Source: Raillietiella orientalis
Taxonomy: Eukaryota
Direction: 5' to 3'
DNA length: 64,000 nt
NCBI GenBank assembly: GCA_036172245.1
Contig: JAYWIR010000055.1
Coordinates: 744,001-808,000, forward strand
This document shows positions 56,535-64,000 of this stretch, one piece after another; within the stretch, counting starts at the first letter, position 1; every line of letters starts with the position of its first letter. The notes beneath the pieces are model-generated. The model had not been told where the DNA came from. It did no database searches and saw nothing but the letters and a program-made list of their open reading frames with translations. Position numbers and translations under genes: made by a program.

Positions 56535-59500
56535 CTGCCTCCGGCTGTTGCACGAATACGCGCCAAGCAAAAGGAGGGGGGCAGAGGGGAGGGGGGGTCC
56601 AGGTTTTCGACCAAACGCACCAACAGATGTTTTCCGGAGAAATGCAGCACGCGGGCGACGGGTGCGCACAGTCGCACGGAAACCGAGGTCGGGTCGTGCG
56701 CGATCTCTACCGCGGATCCACATGGATGCGGGACAGGATATGACCCCAGGGAAACGTCCGCAGAACGGAGATAACTTCTTCTCGAACGAGGCGTGCCCAG
56801 CGTCTTGCCTAAGGGCTGCGGAGACGAACCGCCGGGTGTCGAGGGTGACTTCACCGGCGAAGTCACCCTCGACATCTCCACCTAGAAGGAAGGGTTGCGG
56901 CGCCCGGCGGGGTCCGTCAAGGAACAAAATGAACCATGAGGGACAGCAAGTGAGTGTTCCGGTGTTTCCAAAAGCAGTGCCGTGAGCAAGGCGAGCGAAG
57001 AAAGTCAACATGGGGTCAAGCGTCCCTGCTTGCTGCCGGCCAAGTCCCCCGAACTTTTTCAAAAAACGCGGCGCACCGAGGCGATGGCCGCTACGCACTC
57101 AGAGCGTGGATGGTCAAAAACGGGGAACTGCAAGCGAGAAGACGGATGAACGTCATGGGAACACCGGGAGACGGGGTGCTCCTCACCCCACGCCACTGCA
57201 TCCTTCGCAGGAAAGGGAACAACAACGAGCGACGTTTCGTAAACGAAAGCGGCGAGGCAAACCGCGACGATGGCCAAAACATTCACGCGCGCATGAAGCA
57301 GCGTGACCCGGTAGGAGGACTTCACTACATGCAGGGAGGGACAGCAGCCTGGTGAAACACCAGGGAAACCGAATCCGCAACTCGTCTCGATGGCTCCTGA
57401 GGAGGTGGCGAGGGATTCGGAACGGATTCGATCCTCTTAAGGAGGATCCGGAAGCAATCAAGGGGGTTTCAGAAGTGCGCTGCTGCAAGGTGACCCTGGG
57501 TTTGGAGAGCAGCTTAACGCAATGGCACATCCACCGCACGAACGGGGGTCCAAGGAGACTTAGTCGCATCCAGAGCCAGGGCACAATAAACGCTTCGCTT
57601 CTTTCACCCTTCCCCGTAGCGCTGCTGGCGCCCGCCGCCACATGCGCTGCACGCCTTCGGTTCCAACGGTCAGTTTGACCGGCACAACTTTCCGATAGGA
57701 CATCACTGCTTACCGATCTCGCGTTGACGTCACATGCATATTTGCCGGCAAGGAGCTTCACCATGTCCGTGTTGTTGTGCTTCGCCGCCCAGTGGAGTGC
57801 AGTCTGAAAGTACCAAACACATGAGATCCAGGAGGCAAATGCACAGCACACAGTCTGCGTGGGTGGTGGCGGCAGAGCGCTTGTCGCAACAGCTACAACG
57901 AAGAAAACAAAGACTCTTTCTTAACGAGAATTCGGCTGTGGCGGGTTCCCGTGACGAATGCGTCCCCGTTTCGTGTCGATGGGATCCCCCAAAACGTGGC
58001 GACGGAAGAGGAATTCGCGCCCGAAGCACCGCGACCTTTACATTACCGGCTCGAATGCCTCCGCAAGAGTTTTCACAGGACCGCCGCATCGTTTTCACCA
58101 GAGACCTTTGCGGTGCTGCTGCCTCCTCTGGCACAGGGATCGCCACGGCGCTGTCCTTTTACGTAGGGCGGCCCACCGTTCGGTGAACTCGTAGGCACTT
58201 GAACTCTCATGGAAACACAGGGAAACTGTTGCCCAACGGCTGGAGCTCCTTGCAGCCGCTTCCGAGCTTCGAACAGGAAAACGTCCGTGGCCGCAAACAA
58301 ACTCCGCCGCGCGTCTCCTGGAGATTCCCCCCCCCCCCCGCTTCTCCAAGAGTCGGAAACATTCTTCTGCACTTGCAAGAATCGAAAGCAAAGAATGAAT
58401 GTTTTCTTCATCCCTCATTTCACCCATGAGTTATTCTTCATGGGGGGTTCCGTCTTCACTGACTGAATTCGCGTGGCTCTCCGTTGACTTGTCCGGGACT
58501 TGCCGACGTAACCGTACAGATGGCCGCGAAGCAACTTTGCATCAAAGCCGCATTCTAAAGCAAGTCGCCCAAGATTCCCCGTGCTGCCCGAGTGGGCAAG
58601 GTGCTGTACAAACACGCACTGACCACAGTGACAGTCTCGTCGGGAGATCGGCGAAAGCTCTTTTCTCTATTTGATGCTTCCCATCGCTTTCGCGCGTCTG
58701 CAGCTTCTCGGGTCTCGTTTCCATGGATTCCTCCGTACACTAAAGTCACGGTTTTCTCGTACTTCGTCAGCAAGTTTTTGAAGTGATCCCGGGTCTCGTT
58801 GGGTGCACCCTTTCGTGTGGCCCACTTCCGGGCCCCTGCGCCATGCCGCATTTCTCCCGTTCTACGTGCTGTCCGTTTTCGGTCTGCCTCTCGCAGCTCG
58901 CATCATAAAGAAATGGTCCACACAGCGCCAGGAAAAACTTTCACAACTCCACCAGCACTCCCACGTCAGCAATCAATGGGCTGGAGAGTACGGCTGACAA
59001 GTAAAGCGGAAGCTAACTTGAGACAGATGCCATCCCGAGTTCCTCATGGCAACCTACTCCTCGGTCCTTTCGGAATGTAAAACAAGATAGTGAAAGAACG
59101 GAAGACAATTCCACACAGATAATACGTAAAGTCATTCAAAGTTCGAGAGCACCATTTCGCAGCTGCCAGAAGCTGACATCTCTTCCTCCATGAAACCCGA
59201 TGCTGCTTTCCCGGCTGAGCAAACAAACTTGCCGAATTCAATGCGCCTGGGCGGGGGACCACGAGCGGCTAACGTCTTATCATCACTTACAGTAAACTGC
59301 TCCGTGGCAGCTCATCGGAGATATGCGCAGTCATCGGACGAGTCTTAGCATGCACAAACAGGCCTAACCATCAGCGTGTGTCAACATTTGAGAATAGGAT
59401 AAGGCTGACAGAATGGAGGAAAAGTGGGGCCGTTAGCGAAGGGAGGGGGGGGGGGGTCACAAAACGGTTCACTCCGCAGTTCGGGGTCTCCATGGAGTTA

Positions 59501-62500
59501 CCATGGGGGGAACGGTCCCGGTTGCGACGAATGAGACCGCGATGCGCGCGCAAGAGGTCTGCAGAGTCTCTGCATGAGGAGAGGCCGGTGAGGGCGGGAC
59601 GACTGAGCGCACACTTCAAGCAGAAATTGGGCAGAAGTTCGCGGGGCAGTAGCAACCTTACACAGGCAAAAACCGCCATTTCCCGTTTCGGCACTTTCGG
59701 GGATCCTCAACCGAACCAGAGCTCCGGAAGAACCGGTGGCGTCTCTGGACCGAATTGTGGTTCCGGAGGGGAAAATAACGGCAAGAAAGAAAGGAACCCG
59801 CACCTTTCTACAGCACAAGAAGTGATGGACATGATAACCTCCAGGAATAATCTGAAGTGCCTGCGCACTGCTGGTACGTACGGTATACAAAAGCACGTCC
59901 ACTGCTGCCGAATGACCCTTGTTTTCAGCGAATCGGAGTCAGGGCATCTCGCCTTGTTCCCAGACGGCGAGTGAACACAGAACGAACGTCCCGAGAGAGG
60001 AAACCTCCCTGTGGCACATATAGGGGCGAAGTCCAGAAGAGGCACATGCCGTGGCCAGCGTTAGGCGGCTCGGGTTCTATGAAGGAAGTATGGATTTCCG
60101 AAGAAGCACGAAGGTTTCCGAGACAGGGTGCCATTTTGTGAATCCTTTGAGAGTAAGCAAGGAAGTAGCAGGTGCCACGAAGCAAGCAGCCAGCCCAGCA
60201 TGAGGGCTCACCCTGGGAAACTTGCGTGCCTAGATTCGTTCCAGGCTCGCGAGTCGCGGGCGGCAAGCGGAGAAACTCCGAGTAGCCTCGACGAAGATAT
60301 CCCCGCGGCTCGAACCGAAGACTCCCGGCACAGTTTCCCGATCGTATCCCGAGTGAATCGAGGTGTGTTTTTTTTTTATCCCCACGGTTGGCTGGGAAAC
60401 ACACGAACGGCGGCAGGCCGAGCTCATAAGGCTGACCGCACTGAAGGTGGAAGACAGCAGAAGCAGCACTCCCTGGAGTGCCATCGTCATCCGACACGCA
60501 AGTGCACTCGCTCCTTGGAGCAGCATGCGAATCCCAATTACACGGAGTGGGTGCACATGTGGTGGAGGATCGAACGAGTTTCGTTTTGGACGGCACGCAA
60601 CGGGAATGCGGCAGAACCCCGGACGACGCTCCTCAATTCTTCCGAGCGACAAACAGACGTCTGCCTGAGCGAAAAGCAAAGCGCCTGAAGTCACGCACGC
60701 ACGGGAAAGTTGCCGCGTCCAGGAAAGGAGCCGCGCGGTGTACGAACTTTTCGCTGCCGGGCAAAAGGCGGCGCTCCCCCCCTGCACCACACCGTGCGCG
60801 CTCTCTTTCGCATTTAACTTTCAGAGAAGGAAAAGACATACTTACATACTGAAATGGATATGCAGGTTCAGTTTGCACGTCCGCCAGGGGGACGACGGGC
60901 GACATGGAAAGCAAAAAAACAAATTAGAACCGCATGCATTCGTTCACTGCGGCTGATCTTGCACGGCGACAAGGCGGAGAACAACCCTCGGGACATGCAG
61001 ACGAAACTGCCACTTCACTTAGGCGCAAGAGAAGCCGTCGCAAAGATGCTTTTTTCGGGATGCAACCGATGAAAAAGATCACGGGACATCCAAGGTGCGG
61101 GGAAGAGACCCCACGAAGCAGGAAGCAATCGCCACGGTCCCGGGGAAGGGACGCCATGCAGTGGTCAAGGGCGGTAGACTGGCTCTTTGGAGAAACGAGA
61201 CTGCGGAAAAAAAAAGAGTGCGCTGGGACGAGGGAATGCACCGCGTTCCATAGACCATGGAGGGGACGGCTCGATCAGACCGCAGTTCCCCTTCCTGAGG
61301 AAGGAACTGCAGCACGCCTGTTTGGGATCCGACCTGCCCGTGCCGAGTGCACCAGATTTTGTTAGCATAGAGGGGAGAAAATTCGAATCGGGAGTCAAAG
61401 GTCGTCCGCATTGGTAGCACGACAGGGGCACGAAGGAGCTAGGAAGATGCAGTAGGGGTGGCCGCTTCCGCAGCCTAAAGTCATTCGGCCAATGTCCACA
61501 GGGCAGCACACCGCCGAAAACACCGGCGCCAGTGCGGCACACCGCGATCGCGGCGCTGTCGGCGGCGGACTGGACGGAGGAAGGGCGGGGGAGGGCAGGG
61601 ACAGGGAGCACAAGCTCGTCGCCGTGCATGCGGAGAACTCGACGAGAAGAGGAGGATCGGGAAGAGGAAGCTTCCCAACGCGCAGCCCGAGTTTTCCTTA
61701 CGGGAACGGGCCGAAACGGGTCGTACACCGGCACCGGGGCTCGCGCCTTTCGCGAAGCGTTCTCGGGTCTCTCGTCTGTGGGCAGCTTCGGAGATGCCGA
61801 AAAGAACAACGGGGGAGCGAAGGACAGAAACGCGCGCTCTCTCAAATTTTCTGTGCCGACAGTCCGACCTGCCCCATCTGTCGATCGACATTCGCAGCCG
61901 AAAAACAGGATGAGCGCGCGATGCAGGGAGTCCCCAAGAAACCGACCAGCAAGCGCGCGGGCTTCTCTCTCTTAAACACTGCAGGAGCAGGATCTGAAGT
62001 GCTCTGGTTGCCGGGGCCGGGTTCGGTCTCCAGACAGCCGAGTGCACGTGGACCCCGCGCACTTCCGCGTCTGGCCACCGCCTACCGGAGAGGCCGATTT
62101 GGGCGAGGGTCGAGTGCAGAGGAGATGGTTGGATCACCGGAGGATGCAACGCGACGCAGAAGGGACGCCTCGGGCTTCCTTCGGATACCGACTGCACGGG
62201 ATCGCTGAGCTGGAGCAACGAACGAACGCTTCGCGTCTGGTCTCCGGGGACGCGGGAGGACTCGGCTGAGGCAATGCGCCGGAAGGAAAGAACCCGGTGG
62301 GGAAACCACACTCTCGCGGAGACCCATCTTTCATACGCAGAGGACTTCCCCTCCCTAATCGTGATACTCACACCCTGGAATCACATGTCTCCGTGAGAAG
62401 CACTCCGTGCAGCAGTCGACAGTCTCCGTGAGATGCACATAGAAAAACACAAAGCAGTTATTTCTGTTGGGAAAACTCCACATCCAAGACTTCCAACCAC

Positions 62501-62571
62501 AGCATGCAGAAGCGTTCAAAGCATCAGCAATCAATCACTAAGAGCTAGTTCCACCTTACCGTAATGATGTC
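55348..62571 (-). CDS. sowah: Ankyrin-repeat protein sosondowah (SOWAH family), 3' part; upstream exons not identified in window
   Basis: Exons 57803-57714 (TALHWAAKHNNTDMVKLLAGKYACDVNARS), 56354-56282 (GYTPLHIAAQ), 56222-56136 (ADNNARDYSGKKPHQY), 55770-55604 (FLRMGSFNVRVKKTTE) and 55521-55348 (MPPPK...DSDSDSACGF). Microexons at 62571-62560, 62374-62372, 60848-60846 and 56428-56423. Confidence 0.9.
56423..56428 (-). other. 6-nt microexon CACGGG (His-Gly) of sowah
   Basis: TTTTGCATCTTGTAG|CACGGG|GTAAGT; restores the motif DVNARS-HG-GYTPLH. Confidence 0.85.
56498..56532. repeat. (CA)n/(TG)n microsatellite about 70 nt upstream of the 6-nt microexon
   Basis: Uninterrupted AC dinucleotide run. 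Confidence 0.9.
60846..60848 (-). other. 3-nt microexon TAT (Tyr) of sowah
   Basis: CTGAACCTGCATATCCATTTCAG|TAT|GTAAGT: consensus acceptor and donor around a single codon. Confidence 0.72.
62372..62374 (-). other. 3-nt microexon GGT (Gly) of sowah
   Basis: TGTGATTCCAG|GGT|GTGAGT; the pyrimidine tract is modest. Confidence 0.65.
62560..62571 (-). other. 12-nt microexon GACATCATTACG (Asp-Ile-Ile-Thr) of sowah
   Basis: TCTCTTTTGCTGTCTTTCAG|GACATCATTACG|GTAAGG. Confidence 0.75.
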
Positions 62572-64000
62572 CTGAAAGACAGCAAAAGAGACACATCACA
62601 AACGGGCAGCGTGAACAAGCACTGCGAAGCACAACGGCAAAGTCACGATCTCGTCAACCCGCGTCAGCGGGAAAGCGTCCCACCCAGGTATCCAGGATTC
62701 CTACATGGGAAGCCCATGTCTTGGGACAGTGAGTCACGAGCATCGCCCTCCTGTGGTGACAGCTTGGGTGCTTTCGAGAACGGGAAATTTAGGAAATGCA
62801 GCGAACGGTGAGCCGATGCACAGTGGCTGCAATAACCGAAAGCGGCGACTGGTGGAGCTTGCAAAAAAGAAAAAAAGAAAGAAAGAAAAGCAGCAGCACG
62901 TAGGAATCGACAGCAGTTCAGGTGAGAAACACAGATGCTTCGAGGGAAGAGCAGATAACGCGCTAATGGATTCTGTGGCTTCAACTGCAGAACATCAACA
63001 CACGTAGACGCACGCACCTCGACCCCAGAAACAACAGGAGGGGAGGAGCCAGCACTTTTTCCCTTTTTTTTCCTTCAACGCACGAAAAGCACAGCCGCAC
63101 TGGCTGAATCCAACCGAAACATTCAACGAGCATGAAATGGCCGCGGACGGAAGTCCTCAGTGGGCATCCTCTTCCGTCAGTGGTACTGGGGAAAGGGTGC
63201 CTCCGAACGGCTTTCGGAAAAGATGGGGGCAGCTGTGCGCCCTGTGGAACGCCTTCACCGGCACCGCGGGACTCACGCCGCCCCGGAAAGATTCGGGAAG
63301 ATGGTCCGCTGCGGTCATCTCTCAAACCGCCGGCAATGGCGCCGTTGATCCCGTGTTTCCTTTACCGATCCGTGGATGGCGCCCCACCTCGCTTGCTCCC
63401 TTCCGCGGAACCGGCGGGCTCCTCCAGGCTCTCTGCTGCTGCAATACACGCACTACAGCACGATACGTATCCCATTTACTCCAAATGGAAGCACCCGCAC
63501 CCACTTGGGCTTCTTATCCTGCTTGCTGTCACGCGAACTGAGTGATTGACGAGATTTCGATCGGGACTGCTCCCTCCCACGATCGCGTTGTGCGGACGCC
63601 GACGGATCAGCCTTACAGGTTGGGAGCGAAAGGGCTGGGCAAGCACGAAGGTGCGGTGCACGCCCAACAGCCTTTCAACGAACGCTGGGCGAAATTCAAG
63701 GGCAGTCAAAGGCATCTCCTCCGTCCCCGGACGGGATGGCTCTCCTGCTCCCTTTCGTGGGATGTACTGGCTTCCGGGTACGAAGCTTTCCGAGCGCATC
63801 CCAAGCTGCACCCTCGGAGGTGAAAGAGCCCCTCGCGCCCCGGGGCGTTCGTCGCCCTGCAAACCATGCGGGAGAGCTTTTTAGCCTTCGTCGCCGGAGC
63901 CGGACCGTCGTAGGGCGGAAAATTCGCCCGTCGTCGGAACGTCCCACGCGCCTCGGCGTGCCCCAAGTCCGAGCGCGCTCAAACCACCCACGATGCGTTC

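Noticed and set aside
58555..58851. RDHFKNLL segment as the SOWAH N-terminal domain
   Set aside because: It lies downstream of the DIIT/G/Y microexons, so the order is wrong, and the similarity is only a few residues.
59291..59296. CAG|TTTACT|GTAAGT, a possible extra 6-nt sowah microexon (Phe-Thr)
   Set aside because: Strong donor but no pyrimidine tract, and inclusion would disrupt GYTALHW. It could be an alternative or non-coding exon end, but this is unsupported.
60205..60222. TTTCCCAG|G|GTGAGC, a 1-nt exon-like or recursive splice motif on the minus strand
   Set aside because: Frame-breaking and expected by chance in GC-rich DNA.
35300..64000. Many long overlapping ORFs rich in R/P/G/A (for example 44826-46319, 42913-44130, 49943-51007)
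   Set aside because: Artefacts of high GC and scarce stop codons; no recognisable domains outside the TTC25, sowah and TE segments.

Overview
Eukaryotic, intron-containing genomic DNA, most likely from an arthropod (Neuroglian with Nrg167/Nrg180-type tails, a Vreteno-like Tudor gene, insect-type sowah and TTC25 motifs); the species cannot be determined from sequence alone. The window has two sharply different halves. Positions 1 to about 35,300 are AT-rich and gene-dense with mostly 38-60 nt introns: 3' end of Neuroglian (+); a tight minus-strand run HOP2 > SPC24-like > FOPNL/CEP20; an RRM-MYND-multi-Tudor gene (+); PQLC1 (-); NSMAF/FAN (+); and ENY2 (-). From about 35,300 to the end the DNA is GC- and CpG-rich with kb-scale introns, retrotransposon relics, a head-to-head pair of TTC25/ODAD4 genes and the 3' part of sowah (-). 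Best findings: (1) a sowah ankyrin repeat apparently assembled from a chain of 12-, 3-, 3- and 6-nt microexons (DIIT|G|Y|TALHW...RS|HG|GYTPLH), invisible to the ORF track; (2) an operon-like HOP2-SPC24-FOPNL arrangement with near-identical unpaired acceptors just before each downstream ATG; (3) a 52-nt U12 intron in SPC24; (4) alternative first exons and an inverted partial duplicate of TTC25; (5) overlapping convergent TTC25 and sowah coding ends. All exon structures were inferred by manual translation and splice-site reading; no searches were run, and homology calls rest on recalled family motifs.
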